A DNA stretch of 64,000 bases from an uncultured Bacillales bacterium (GCA_937874465.1 CALNAX010000070.1:53476-117475); one strand, 5' to 3'; positions 37,669 through 47,846 are shown, counted from the stretch's first letter. The notes: a model not told the origin generated them from the letters alone. Translations and numbers: made by a program.

Positions 37669-38192
37669 AGGAGGACAAAGTGCGGCTGTTTGTCGTATCG
37701 GACACCCATTGTGATTTTGCCATTCTCCACAAGTGTATGGCCCGCCATCAAGCGGATGTCACCTATTGGTATCACCTGGGCGATTCCGAAGTCCCCCCGG
37801 AATTCATCCAGCAGGACTTCGTGGGCGTGAGAGGCAATTGCGATCATTACGAAGGGCTACCATATACTCGTGACATCGTCTTTCCTTTCGGCACTATCCA
37901 TCTTGAGCATGGTCATATGATTAGCGGAAATATCCAAGCCTACATCAAGGCCACCGGCTGTCGCATCTTCCTTTCCGGCCATACGCACGTGAAACTGGCT
38001 AAACTCTATGAGGATGGCATTTGGCAATTCAATCCAGGGTCTTTGGTCAGGCCTAGGGATGGGATGTATGGCAGCTATCTTTTGATAGACGTCGATCGCA
38101 CCACCGGTAAGGTCTACCATTACGAATTCCATTTGGTAGACACCGCTATGGGCACTGAGGTCGAGGGTGGGAAAGCCTATACCGCTAGTTGA
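37665..38192 (+). CDS. YfcE/MJ0936-family metallophosphoesterase
   Basis: LFVVSDTHCD, HLGD, GNCD and GHTH motifs. ATGA overlap with the FolD-like gene. Confidence 0.8.
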   Translation: MKEDKVRLFVVSDTHCDFAILHKCMARHQADVTYWYHLGDSEVPPEFIQQDFVGVRGNCDHYEGLPYTRDIVFPFGTIHLEHGHMISGNIQAYIKATGCRIFLSGHTHVKLAKLYEDGIWQFNPGSLVRPRDGMYGSYLLIDVDRTTGKVYHYEFHLVDTAMGTEVEGGKAYTAS

Positions 38193-38210
38193 ATTTGCCC
38201 TAATTCGCTT

Positions 38211-38242
38211 AAGCCTCCGCATAAAAAACGTGGAGGCTTTTC
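38211..38242 (+). promoter_or_regulatory. hairpin that pairs the SD of the downstream ABC gene (also terminator-like)
   Basis: AAGCCTCC (38211-38218) pairs with GGAGGCTT (38232-38239), followed by TTC and the ATG at 38243. The 3' arm contains the GGAGG SD. Confidence 0.4.
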
Positions 38243-40216
38243 ATGTCCTTGGAATTGCATGACGTCTCCTGCGGCTACAGCGGCAGGAAGAAATCCGGCT
38301 TGGTATTCGTGAAAGTCAGTTTGGTCTTCCCGAACAAGGGGCTTCTTTGCGTACTTGGAAAATCCGGTTCGGGGAAATCGACCTTGCTGTTCCTCTTGGC
38401 CGGATTCCTGAAGCCCTTGAAGGGCCAGGTCATGAGGGACAAGAACCAATCCTTTTCCTTCGTGTTGCAGGACAACGGCCTGATGGCAGGGCTTAAGGCC
38501 CAAGAGAACGTTTCCCTTCCTTTGCTCTTGCGGGGTAAAAAAGAGAAAGAAAGGGAACGGTTTGCCCTAGAAGCCATGAAGGTCTTTGGCATTGAAGGCC
38601 TAAAGGACAAAAAGCCGGCGGAAATGTCAGGCGGCGAGTGCCTGAGAGTTGGCCTTGCCAGGGCCTTGGCCCACGGTGGGGAGATTGTATTGGCCGATGA
38701 GCCCACGGGGGCTTTGGATAGCGAGAATGCGCTTAAGGCAATGGAACTTCTCAAGGAGATATCCAAGACCAGGCTGGTGGTTTGCGTAACGCACAACCAC
38801 AGACTCGCCTATGGCTTTGCCGATTACATCGCATTGGTCGGAAACGGCACCATAAAATACGAAAGGGAGTACGGCATCGCGAGGGAAACGCCAAGAAAGC
38901 TACCCGTCGGGAAGGGAAAGGCAAGGATCGGCGATTCCCTAAAGACCAACTTGGCGATGATCAGGGGCAAGACGGGGAGATTCTTTTCGGCCTCCCTTGC
39001 GGTTGGCTTGGCCCTGGGCGCCCTCCTTCTGTCCCTGACGTTTGGCGCCAACGCCAAGGCCGCCGCGATTCAATTGACCTCCAACTACTATGCCGACGAT
39101 GTCTTGAGGATGAGCAGGACCACTAACGTTTCCCAGACCAATGGGATGGCGTTGACCCGCCAAGAGGAACTCCAGGAAGATGATAGGGAATTCCTCGGCT
39201 CGAGATGGGATGCCGCGTTCTTTCCCCCTCTCTCCTTTTTCCTCCCTGACACCTTGAGGATAAGGAACGACGGGAAGACTGCCGATGTTTCGATGGAGCC
39301 CTCGTTTGGGAGCGGAAACCTCAAGGTGGGTGAAAACCCGGATGAGTTCAATGAGATCGTCATAAACGAATCCCTTTGCAATGAGATGGATATCAAGGCG
39401 ACCGATGCCATGGGAATGACCTTCCCTTTGAAAGTGATGAAGGAAGTGCCCCTGATCGTTGGGGAAAGCACGGTCCAGGGAACGTATTCCCTTGACGTTG
39501 ATCTTGCAGTCGTGGGGGTGGCAGCCGAGCAGGCCGCATTCAATTCACCAGTCGCTTTCTACGATTACCGTTTGGCCAGGGATTATCTCGGGGCCGTTTC
39601 CGTTAGCCCCGAACTGGGGCTGACCGTTGAGGAGACCCTCGTCAGAGGCGAATACCTCAATTCGTCATTGCGTTCGTATAGCACTCTGGTCGTTTCTCCG
39701 GATGCCCTAAAGATCCATGAATACTTCAGGGATGAAAACGACAGCTATGGGATCGTCGCGAAATCCCGTGCCCTGGATGCCCGACAAGCCGTTCGGGAAT
39801 TGATCGAGGCCATCTCGAGCCTGGCGTCGGTCTTTCTGTCTCTAATCTGCCTGGTGGCTTTCTTTTTGGAACTCGTCGCCGTTTCTACCATCGTAGCCGA
39901 GGAGAAGCGGGATTTTGCGATCGCAAGGGCCTTCTGCCCGTCGAGCAGGGCCTTTTGGCTTTTCTCCTTCGGCTTGAAGGACCTGATGTTCTTGGGTTCG
40001 GCATTGGCCATGATGACTTTCTATTGCCTGGGCTGGTTCCTTGGGAGAAAGCTGCTGTCGGATATGCTTTTGCCAATGAGCCTTTTGTCGTTTTCGCTTC
40101 CTATCTTTTCGCTGGTCGTCCTCTCGTCTTATGCCCTCGCCTTCTTTGCGTCTTTGGCTCCCCTTCTCAGGATATCAGGCAAGGGAATGGTTCTTTCGCT
40201 GAGGTCTGAGAGATGA
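38243..40216 (+). CDS. MacB-type fused ABC transporter (N-terminal ATPase + FtsX-like permease)
   Basis: GKSGSGKST, SGGECLRV, VLADEPTGALD, then TM1, a ~240-aa extracytoplasmic domain and three C-terminal TM segments. Confidence 0.8.
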   Translation: MSLELHDVSCGYSGRKKSGLVFVKVSLVFPNKGLLCVLGKSGSGKSTLLFLLAGFLKPLKGQVMRDKNQSFSFVLQDNGLMAGLKAQENVSLPLLLRGKKEKERERFALEAMKVFGIEGLKDKKPAEMSGGECLRVGLARALAHGGEIVLADEPTGALDSENALKAMELLKEISKTRLVVCVTHNHRLAYGFADYIALVGNGTIKYEREYGIARETPRKLPVGKGKARIGDSLKTNLAMIRGKTGRFFSASLAVGLALGALLLSLTFGANAKAAAIQLTSNYYADDVLRMSRTTNVSQTNGMALTRQEELQEDDREFLGSRWDAAFFPPLSFFLPDTLRIRNDGKTADVSMEPSFGSGNLKVGENPDEFNEIVINESLCNEMDIKATDAMGMTFPLKVMKEVPLIVGESTVQGTYSLDVDLAVVGVAAEQAAFNSPVAFYDYRLARDYLGAVSVSPELGLTVEETLVRGEYLNSSLRSYSTLVVSPDALKIHEYFRDENDSYGIVAKSRALDARQAVRELIEAISSLASVFLSLICLVAFFLELVAVSTIVAEEKRDFAIARAFCPSSRAFWLFSFGLKDLMFLGSALAMMTFYCLGWFLGRKLLSDMLLPMSLLSFSLPIFSLVVLSSYALAFFASLAPLLRISGKGMVLSLRSER

Positions 40217-42984
40217 TTGCGATCGAAGGTCTCTTTAAGAGATACCAGGGGGAAAGGCGAAGGGCCTTGGATGGGATCGGCCTTTCCTTACCCACTCGTG
40301 GCCTGGTCTTTGTCGTAGGCGAGTCCGGCGCTGGCAAGACCACGTTGGTTTCGATAATCGGAGGCATGGACAACGAGTTCGAGGGCAAGGTGACGTCTTT
40401 TGGGAAGGAACTCCGAAAACTAAATGGGAAAGAGCTGTCCGATTATCGTCTGGGCTATGTGGCCTTTTCGTTTCAAAACGGCTTCTTGGATCCAGATTCT
40501 TCGGCAAAGGAAGAGATCCACAAAGGGAAAGAGCTCATCAGGGGTGGACTTTCCTTCCTCAAAGCCGAAAGGCTTTTGAAGTACTTGGGCATAAAGAACC
40601 TAAAGCACCGGAAGATCAAGACTTTGTCGGGTGGTGAAAGAAAGAGGGTTTCCTTGGCGAAGGCCTTGGTCAAGGATGCCCCGCTGACCATCGTCGATGA
40701 ACCCACGGCCAACCTTGATCCTGACATGGCCCATAAGGTCCTGTCCCTGCTGCGGGAAAAGGGAAAAGGTTCTTTGATCCTTGTCATTACCCACGACCGG
40801 GATTCGCTAAGACCCGACGACCAGGTAATCGAGATGAGGGATGGGAAGATCGTAAGCCGAAGACTGGAAACCGAGGAAAGCAAGGAGAAGGCAAAGGGAT
40901 TGAACCGAAAGAAAGTTGGTCTTTGGCGTTCCCTCAAGCAGGCACTGCGCCTGATCGCCCATGGCCTTGCTTCTTTTGGGCCCGCCACCTTTGCGATGTC
41001 CTTGGCCCTTGTCTCAGCCGGGATGTCCCTTATGCTTCTTAGGGGGGCAAAGGAAGGGATATCCTCCTTCGCCGGAAGGACCCTCGATCCGTATTCGATT
41101 GTGGCGGAGCCACTGGCAAATTCCCATGCGGGCCTAGGAGCGAAATTGGCTTCTTCGCGTCTGGCGGCGGAAGCCTTGGAGATGGAAGGCGCGGGTGTCC
41201 TAGGCTATGGCAGCGGGATATTCAATGATGTAAACGATGTCTTTACCAGCGACTCCGGTTTCAGGATTGCCCTTGACGGATGGGAATATCCTTTCAACCT
41301 TGGCTTGAGCCTCATTGCCCGGGCTGGCCTAAGGGGCACCTATGAGGATTTCCTCTTCTACCCGGAGGAAAACGGCCAAGACGGTTTCTCTACGGTCGCC
41401 CTAGGCCTGCCGCTGGGCTTGGCGGAAGACTTCGCGAGGCGCTTCTCCGTTAGCGGGATAGAGGGTTTGGGCGACCTGGCCGAGCAAGGGAAGATCCGCC
41501 TTATGGTCACGGCCGCCATAAATGATCTGGGCCGGAAGGAAACCACCATTGCGGTAAACCAGGTCTTTATGGCCGATACCATTTGCCTGGCCCATGACTC
41601 GCCGTTCTTTGCCGAGAACTTCTTCGGCAAGGAACTGAACATGGAATTTTCCGATGACTTGAATGCCCTGGACCCCGTTCCCAACACCTTAAAGGCAGGT
41701 GGCCTGATATACGTCGAAAGGACGAAGGTGGATTCCTTCTTCAGGGCCTTTGTCTTGAATCCGGCCTTTGGCTCCCTTGTGCCTGTGAAGGCGATCCAGG
41801 ACGAAAACAGCGTTGCCTCGGCCTTCTTCCTCCATACGAAGCGGTATGAAGACATAAGCCCGCTTGACTGTTTGGCCATAGTGGCGAATCCTGATGTTGC
41901 CGTTTCCTCCTATGCCTTGTCCAGCCCAATCTATACCTTCGTATACGGTGGCATATATGAGGGCTTTGCGACGCCGCTATTCGTGGCCAAGGACAAGGAA
42001 AGCCTGAACGAGGTGGCCGATCTCAATGGCTTTACCGAATTGGATTTGCGCGGTTACTCCCTTTCGTCTCAGACCTTGCCTGACGGAGTCCTCTCCACCA
42101 GTTTGGTCGACTCCATAAAAGGCCAGGGCATATTCTTCTCGTCTGAGCAGGAGGTAACCCTAGCGCAAGGCCGTTATCCTTTGGATGACGGCGAGATAGC
42201 CATTTCCGCGGGCCTGGCCAAGAAGATGTTTGGCTCTGGGCAATCAGCCCTGGGGCGGAGCATAAGCCTTCTTTTCCTCGAATCGGTGGAGCCGAAGGAC
42301 AACGGCTATGTGAACGGATTCGCGGAAGGGACCGTGACCATAGTCGGCGTCAGCGCTGAAAATGGCGAAGGGCTATATCACGACTCCTTCTTTCCCTTGG
42401 CCTTTGCCTTTGCCAACTCCTCCATCGCCCCCCTCTCTTTGGTCTTCGATGGGTTTGTCATAAAGCTTTTGGCGGGAAGCGATGTCCCTAAGGCCATTGA
42501 TTACCTTTCTTCGGCCTATCCTTCCTATGAATTCTCCGCGCCGATGTATGAAATGGCCAAGTCTATCGACGAGACGCTGTCGACCTTGGCCATGTTCCTG
42601 GGAATGTTCGCCGGCGTGGCCATTGTCTTGGCGGCCTGTCTCCTGGCCCTTACGGTCCTTCTTTGCATAAAGCGGGATGAGCAAAGGATCGGCGATTTCC
42701 TGGCCTTGGGCTATAGGCCAAGCCAAGTAAGGTCCATCTATTGCCTATATTCCCTTCTGATCGGCCTTTTCGCGGCCCTCCAATCCTTCGCTGGCTTGAG
42801 GCTGGCAAGCCAGGAGGCGGGTAAGGCCTTGGGCCAGGCCTTCATGGGATATCGGCTGGAAGAGGGCCTCCATCCCTATCTTTTGTCCCTCGCCATCGCT
42901 TTGTCCGTGTCTTTTTCAATCGGTTTCCTTATTGCCGCCAAGGCTAGCGTGGTAAGCCCCAAAAAGGCTTTGGCAGCAAGATGA
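40213..42984 (+). CDS. MacB-type fused ABC transporter with a large extracytoplasmic domain
   Basis: GESGAGKTT, LSGGERKRV, TIVDEPTANLD, then TM1, a ~500-aa extracytoplasmic region and three C-terminal TM segments. ATGA overlap with the upstream paralogue. Confidence 0.8.
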   Translation: MIAIEGLFKRYQGERRRALDGIGLSLPTRGLVFVVGESGAGKTTLVSIIGGMDNEFEGKVTSFGKELRKLNGKELSDYRLGYVAFSFQNGFLDPDSSAKEEIHKGKELIRGGLSFLKAERLLKYLGIKNLKHRKIKTLSGGERKRVSLAKALVKDAPLTIVDEPTANLDPDMAHKVLSLLREKGKGSLILVITHDRDSLRPDDQVIEMRDGKIVSRRLETEESKEKAKGLNRKKVGLWRSLKQALRLIAHGLASFGPATFAMSLALVSAGMSLMLLRGAKEGISSFAGRTLDPYSIVAEPLANSHAGLGAKLASSRLAAEALEMEGAGVLGYGSGIFNDVNDVFTSDSGFRIALDGWEYPFNLGLSLIARAGLRGTYEDFLFYPEENGQDGFSTVALGLPLGLAEDFARRFSVSGIEGLGDLAEQGKIRLMVTAAINDLGRKETTIAVNQVFMADTICLAHDSPFFAENFFGKELNMEFSDDLNALDPVPNTLKAGGLIYVERTKVDSFFRAFVLNPAFGSLVPVKAIQDENSVASAFFLHTKRYEDISPLDCLAIVANPDVAVSSYALSSPIYTFVYGGIYEGFATPLFVAKDKESLNEVADLNGFTELDLRGYSLSSQTLPDGVLSTSLVDSIKGQGIFFSSEQEVTLAQGRYPLDDGEIAISAGLAKKMFGSGQSALGRSISLLFLESVEPKDNGYVNGFAEGTVTIVGVSAENGEGLYHDSFFPLAFAFANSSIAPLSLVFDGFVIKLLAGSDVPKAIDYLSSAYPSYEFSAPMYEMAKSIDETLSTLAMFLGMFAGVAIVLAACLLALTVLLCIKRDEQRIGDFLALGYRPSQVRSIYCLYSLLIGLFAALQSFAGLRLASQEAGKALGQAFMGYRLEEGLHPYLLSLAIALSVSFSIGFLIAAKASVVSPKKALAAR

Positions 42985-43114
42985 AAAGCCTTTTTTTGGC
43001 TCAAGGGAAAAACCGCTTTCATAGTGGTTTGGGAAATATTATTATCATTTGTATCCGCAAAGGTCGTAAAATGCACGTGCAGTTGAAAGATACTGCGAAA
43101 GAGGTTTTTTTTAC

Positions 43115-43354
43115 ATGAAGGGTAAAGTGAAGATGTTCGATGCGAAGAAGGGATACGGATTCATCCGCGCCGAGGATGGCTCCGATGTCTTCTTCCACTA
43201 CTCTAGCTTGGTGATGGACGGCTTCAAGACCGCCAATCCCGGCGATGAGGTAGAGTTCGATGTCAGCAATACTGAAAAGGGTCTTCGCGCTTCTAACGTC
43301 AAGATCACCAAACGTGTTCAGTCCGCTGACGCCGATCAGTCTCAGCAGTACTAA
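43115..43354 (+). CDS. cold-shock domain protein
   Basis: MKGKVKMFDAKKGYGFI and DVFFHYSSL (RNP1/RNP2), with a short acidic tail. Confidence 0.9.
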   Translation: MKGKVKMFDAKKGYGFIRAEDGSDVFFHYSSLVMDGFKTANPGDEVEFDVSNTEKGLRASNVKITKRVQSADADQSQQY

Positions 43355-43419
43355 ACTGAAACCGTTGAAATCGAACGTCTGCGCTTAGGATGGGCGTGCC
43401 TATCCGAAAGCAGAATGGA

Positions 43420-43449
43420 GGTCGGGTGAAAACCCGGCCTTTTGTTTTG
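43420..43449 (+). terminator. terminator after the csp gene
   Basis: GGTCGGGT, loop GAAA, ACCCGGCC, then TTTTGTTTT. Confidence 0.75.
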
Positions 43450-43477
43450 GCCCGATTGCCTGTCGAAAGGTCCACTG

Positions 43478-43486
43478 TGCTAGACT
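43478..43486 (+). promoter_or_regulatory. extended -10 element for ychF
   Basis: TGCTAGACT, 47 nt upstream of the ATG. TTGCCT lies 19 nt upstream. Confidence 0.45.
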
Positions 43487-43533
43487 AATCAAGCATTAGT
43501 CGTCTATTACCATATAAGAGGTTAGTAAAAGAA

Positions 43534-44649
43534 ATGTCACTGACAGCAGGAATTGTCGGCCTGCCAAACGTAGGCAAGTCGACGTTGTTCAATGCCCTGA
43601 CCAATTCCAACGTCTTGGCCGAGAACTATCCGTTCGCAACCATAAAGCCCAATACGGCCGTGGTCGAGGTAAAGGATCACCGGATCGAAAGGCTCGCCAA
43701 GATCTTCAATCCGAAGCGGATCGTGAGGGCCACCTTCGAATTCACCGATATCGCCGGCCTGGTCAAAGGCGCCTCCAAAGGCGAGGGCTTGGGAAACCTC
43801 TTCCTAGCCAACATCCGTAACTGCGATGCGGTCATCGAGGTCGTGCGTTGCTTCGACAATCCCCAGATCGTCAATGTCCATGACACCGTCGATCCCAAGC
43901 GGGACATCGAGGAGATAAACCTCGAGTTGATCCTGGCCGATCTCGCCGTGGTCGATGGCCATCTTGGCAAGACTGCCAAGCGGGCCCAGATGACCCGGGA
44001 GAAGGCGTTGGTGGCCGAGGTGGATCTCCTCAACAGGATCAAGGCGGCCCTGGAGAGCGAGAAGTTCGCTTCCACGGTCACGATGACTCCGGAAGAGCAG
44101 AAGATCGTGAGGAATTACAACCTCTTGACCTACAAGCCGTTCATCTACGTCGGCAATGTCTCCGAATCGGCCTATGCCAATCCCGAGAAGGACAAGTATT
44201 TCCCGGCCGTCGAGCAATACGCCAAGGAGCACGATGCCCAGGCCATACCCATCTGCGCGGAGACCGAGGCTCAGCTGTCTTCGGTAAGCCCGGAGGAGCG
44301 CAAGGAATACCTGGAGGCCTTGGGGACCGATTTGACTGGCTTGGATCGCATCACCACCGCAGCCTACAAGATCCTGGGCCTTCGCACCTTCTTTACCGGT
44401 GGTCCCGAGGAGGTTAGGGCCTGGACCTTCCATGAGGGCTGGACGGCCCCCCAATGCGCGGGAGTGATCCATACCGATATGGAGAGGGGCTTCATAAAGG
44501 CCGAGGTCTATACCTATTCGGACCTTGACAAGTATGGGACCGAAGCTGCCTTGCGCGAGAAGGGGCTCATAAGGACCGAAGGCAAGGAGTACGTGGTTCA
44601 GGACGGCGATTGCCTGTTCATCAAGTTCAACGCACCGAAAGGAAAGTGA
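43534..44649 (+). CDS. ychF: ribosome-binding ATPase YchF
   Basis: GIVGLPNVGKSTLFNALT and the C-terminal TGS-like region. Confidence 0.95.
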   Translation: MSLTAGIVGLPNVGKSTLFNALTNSNVLAENYPFATIKPNTAVVEVKDHRIERLAKIFNPKRIVRATFEFTDIAGLVKGASKGEGLGNLFLANIRNCDAVIEVVRCFDNPQIVNVHDTVDPKRDIEEINLELILADLAVVDGHLGKTAKRAQMTREKALVAEVDLLNRIKAALESEKFASTVTMTPEEQKIVRNYNLLTYKPFIYVGNVSESAYANPEKDKYFPAVEQYAKEHDAQAIPICAETEAQLSSVSPEERKEYLEALGTDLTGLDRITTAAYKILGLRTFFTGGPEEVRAWTFHEGWTAPQCAGVIHTDMERGFIKAEVYTYSDLDKYGTEAALREKGLIRTEGKEYVVQDGDCLFIKFNAPKGK

Positions 44650-44652
44650 AAG

Positions 44653-46284
44653 ATGGCGATATCCGATGACATCAAGGCCTATCTGAAAGGCACGTTTGCC
44701 GGTTTGGGCGTGAACCTAAACGACAAGGACCTCTCTTTGACCATCCCGGAAGAGAAGGAGCACGGGGACTATTCGACTAACGTGGCGCTGCGCTTTGCCA
44801 AGAAACTCAATGCCAATCCCTTGGCCTTGGCCCAGAGCCTGGCAAGGGATGTCCATATCGCAGGCGTTGCCAAGGCCGAGGCGGTCAAGCCGGGCTTCTT
44901 GAACTTCTTTGTCACCGAGGAGGAGCTGACCGATGTGATCGGCCAGGTCATCGACAAGGGTTCCGCCTTCGGAAACCTCGCCTATGGCAAGGGCAAGAGG
45001 GTCGATATCGAATACGTCTCCGCCAATCCCACCGGCTATCTCCACTTAGGCCATGCCCGCGGGGCGGCCATCGGCGATTCCCTGGCCCGGATAATGAAGA
45101 AGGCGGGTTTTGACGTTACTCGTGAGTATTACATAAACGATGCCGGCAACCAGATCGACCACATGGCTGAGTCTTTGATCGCCCGCTATCTCCAAAAGCT
45201 CGGCGACCCGACCGCCAAGGTCCCTGACGATGGCTATCACGGCCAGGACATAATCGACATCGCAGACGAGCTGGTCAAGGAGGTAGGGGACAAGTACAAG
45301 GCCGATCCCCAGGCCGATCTGGCTTTCTTCAAGGAATACGGCACCGCTCACTTGATGGCCAAAATCAAGAAGGACCTCAAGCGGTTCAGGGTGGAATTCG
45401 ACGTCTTCACCTCCGAGAAGGCCGTAAGGAAGTCCGGGAGGATCGAGGAAGCCCTGAAGATCTTGGCGCCCAAGACCTACAGGAAGGACAACGCCCTGTT
45501 CCTCAGGACTACCGACGATGGGGACGACAAGGATCGGGTCATCATAAAGTCCGATGGTTCCTATACCTACTTCCTTCCCGATATCGCCTATCACTGGGAT
45601 AAGTTCTCCCGGGGGTTCGATCTTCTCATCGATGTCTTCGGGGCTGATCACGCTGGCTACGTAGCCCGTCTGAAGTCGGCCGTAAAGTCGCTGGGCTATG
45701 ATCCCGAGCGCCTCCAGGTCACCCTGGTCCAGATCGTGAGGCTTTTCAAGGGCGGAGTCGAATACAAGATGTCGAAGCGTTCGGGCAATGCCGTGGCCAT
45801 GAACGACCTCATCGACGAGGTCGGGGTGGATGCGGTCCGTTACTTCTTCGTGGCTCGCGATGGCACCTCCCATCTCGATTTCAACCTCGATCTCGCCAAG
45901 TCCCTCTCCTCGACCAATCCGGTCTACTATGCCCAATACACCCATGCCCGTCTCAATTCCGTCTTGGAGAACGGCGCCAAGTACTACGATGGCACCTATG
46001 TCCCTGCGCTTCTGACCAACGACTACGAGGTGGCCGTCATAAAGGCCCTCAAGGAATACGGCAGCAGGATCGAGGAAGCGGCCGAGACCAAGGCGCCTTA
46101 CAAGATGGCGCTGTATATCCAGACCTTGGCGACTGCCGCCAATGAGTGGTATCAGCATTGCCGGGTCGTGAATGACGACGACATACCCCTTACCAAGTCC
46201 CGTCTGGCCTTGGCGAAGGCGGTAAAGACCGTGTTGGCCGATAGCCTGGACCTTATCGGGGTCTCGGCGCCGGAACATATGTGA
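44653..46284 (+). CDS. argS: arginine--tRNA ligase
   Basis: ANPTGYLHLGHARG (HIGH) and KMSKRSGN (KMSKS). Confidence 0.97.
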   Translation: MAISDDIKAYLKGTFAGLGVNLNDKDLSLTIPEEKEHGDYSTNVALRFAKKLNANPLALAQSLARDVHIAGVAKAEAVKPGFLNFFVTEEELTDVIGQVIDKGSAFGNLAYGKGKRVDIEYVSANPTGYLHLGHARGAAIGDSLARIMKKAGFDVTREYYINDAGNQIDHMAESLIARYLQKLGDPTAKVPDDGYHGQDIIDIADELVKEVGDKYKADPQADLAFFKEYGTAHLMAKIKKDLKRFRVEFDVFTSEKAVRKSGRIEEALKILAPKTYRKDNALFLRTTDDGDDKDRVIIKSDGSYTYFLPDIAYHWDKFSRGFDLLIDVFGADHAGYVARLKSAVKSLGYDPERLQVTLVQIVRLFKGGVEYKMSKRSGNAVAMNDLIDEVGVDAVRYFFVARDGTSHLDFNLDLAKSLSSTNPVYYAQYTHARLNSVLENGAKYYDGTYVPALLTNDYEVAVIKALKEYGSRIEEAAETKAPYKMALYIQTLATAANEWYQHCRVVNDDDIPLTKSRLALAKAVKTVLADSLDLIGVSAPEHM

Positions 46285-46371
46285 TTGCCTTTGTAAGGCG
46301 AAGCGAATAGTGCTATACCTTAAGGGCCTAAACGAGTCTATTGACTGGAATTGAAAAGGAGCGATAGCCAA

Positions 46372-46764
46372 ATGGCAAGCAAATCGATGATTGACACTGC
46401 CTACGATGTCGTAAGTGGCGGGGACAAGGAGATGACCTTCTCCGACATTCTCTTGGCCGTGGGGAAGAAACTGGGCCTTACCGAGGATGAGTTGGTGAAG
46501 AAGGCCGGGAACTTCTATACCGATCTTTCCCTTGATGGCCGCTTCGTGACATTGGGTGACAATCTTTGGGATCTCAGGTCTCGCCACAAATACGAACAGG
46601 TCCATATCGACATGAACGACGTCTACTCCGAGGAAGACGAAAAGGTCTCGGAGTTGGGCGAGGAGGGGGACGACGAGGAGAAGAAGCCCATCGAGCCCGA
46701 TGATGACGACGACGACGATGACGATGGCAAGACCCCGACCCCTGACATAACTTCCGACAACTGA
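46372..46764 (+). CDS. rpoE: RNA polymerase delta subunit
   Basis: N-terminal HARE-HTH-like domain (MTFSDILLAVGKKLG..FYTDLSLDGRFVTLGDNLWDLR) and a poly-Asp/Glu tail. The ATG at 46372 follows AAGGAG. Confidence 0.85.
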   Translation: MASKSMIDTAYDVVSGGDKEMTFSDILLAVGKKLGLTEDELVKKAGNFYTDLSLDGRFVTLGDNLWDLRSRHKYEQVHIDMNDVYSEEDEKVSELGEEGDDEEKKPIEPDDDDDDDDDGKTPTPDITSDN

Positions 46765-46770
46765 TGCAAG

Positions 46771-46797
46771 GCCCTGCCTGAAAGGCGGGGCTTTTTA
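46771..46797 (+). terminator. terminator after rpoE
   Basis: GCCCTGCC, loop TGAAA, GGCGGGGC, then TTTTT. Confidence 0.75.
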
Positions 46798-46823
46798 GGT
46801 TGTCCTGATGGCTTATGAGTGGG

Positions 46824-46832
46824 TGCTATAAT
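46824..46832 (+). promoter_or_regulatory. extended -10 promoter element for nrnA
   Basis: TGCTATAAT, a perfect TGnTATAAT, 48 nt upstream of the ATG. Confidence 0.6.
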
Positions 46833-46880
46833 CCCCCTGAAGTTTGTTGGCCTATTTTTTCTTGGAGAAAGGAGTCTTGT

Positions 46881-47846
46881 ATGGTCCTACCCAATTCCGA
46901 CCTGATTTTCAACAAGATTGACGAATGCGATACCATAACGATATTTGGTCACGTCCGTCCTGATGGCGATGCCTATGGCTCTGCCATGGGTCTCAAGTTG
47001 GCCATCGACATGTTCTATCCCGGCAAGAAGACCTTTGCCGTGGTCGACGATACCTGGGGTGTCCCCACTCGTCTTCCCAAGGCCACCAAGCCCAATAGCC
47101 TGCCTATCGAGACCATCAAGGATTCCTTGGCCATAACCGTCGATACCCCGACCGTCGCCCGCCTTGGCGATCCCCGGGCCATCAACGCCAAATACCTGAT
47201 AAAGATCGACCATCATCCCCTGGTCGAGCATTTCGGGGATGCCGAATTCGTGGACGATTCCAAATGTGCCAATGCCCTCATAATCGCCGACATTCTCTAT
47301 TCCAGGTTCCCGGTCATCTCCCCCGATGCGGCGGAGTGCCTCCTTTTGGGAATATTGACCGACAGCGGCAATCTCCGCTTCACCACGGAGGCCGATGCCT
47401 TCAACAAGGCGGGGAGACTCATATCCAACGGCGCCAACATCAAGGAGATATACGACACCATATATGCGTCCTCCCTTTCCAATCTCCGGCTCAAGAACAA
47501 GATGCTGAGCCAACTTAAGACCAAGGGAAAGGTTGCGTATTGCATCTTCGACTTGCCGTGGCTGAAGAGCTTGGGCCAAAAGGCCGACGACATTGCCCCG
47601 CATGTCAATTTGATAGGCTTCACCAGCGAATGTCCCCTTTGGGCCTTCTTCGCCCAATATCCCGATGGCTCCTACAGGGCCGAATTCCGTTGCAACGGTG
47701 ATTACGATGTGTCTGCCATCGCGGCCCTATTGGGCGGCGGCGGCCATAGGCAGGCATCCGGAGCGACATTGGCCAACCGTCAAGAAGTATTGAAAGCCAT
47801 TGACCTGCTTGCCGTTGCCAAGCCATCCCCGGAGGACCAAGATTGA
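46881..47846 (+). CDS. nrnA: DHH/DHHA1 phosphoesterase (NrnA-type oligoribonuclease / pAp phosphatase)
   Basis: GHVRPDGDAYGS, DHH (KIDHHP) and GGGH (DHHA1) motifs. The ATG at 46881 follows AAAGGAG. Confidence 0.85.
   Translation: MVLPNSDLIFNKIDECDTITIFGHVRPDGDAYGSAMGLKLAIDMFYPGKKTFAVVDDTWGVPTRLPKATKPNSLPIETIKDSLAITVDTPTVARLGDPRAINAKYLIKIDHHPLVEHFGDAEFVDDSKCANALIIADILYSRFPVISPDAAECLLLGILTDSGNLRFTTEADAFNKAGRLISNGANIKEIYDTIYASSLSNLRLKNKMLSQLKTKGKVAYCIFDLPWLKSLGQKADDIAPHVNLIGFTSECPLWAFFAQYPDGSYRAEFRCNGDYDVSAIAALLGGGGHRQASGATLANRQEVLKAIDLLAVAKPSPEDQD

Noticed and set aside
46699-46725. (GAT/GAC)n trinucleotide repeat.
   Set aside because: It encodes the poly-Asp part of the acidic tail that is characteristic of RNA polymerase delta subunits. 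It is not an independent repeat element.
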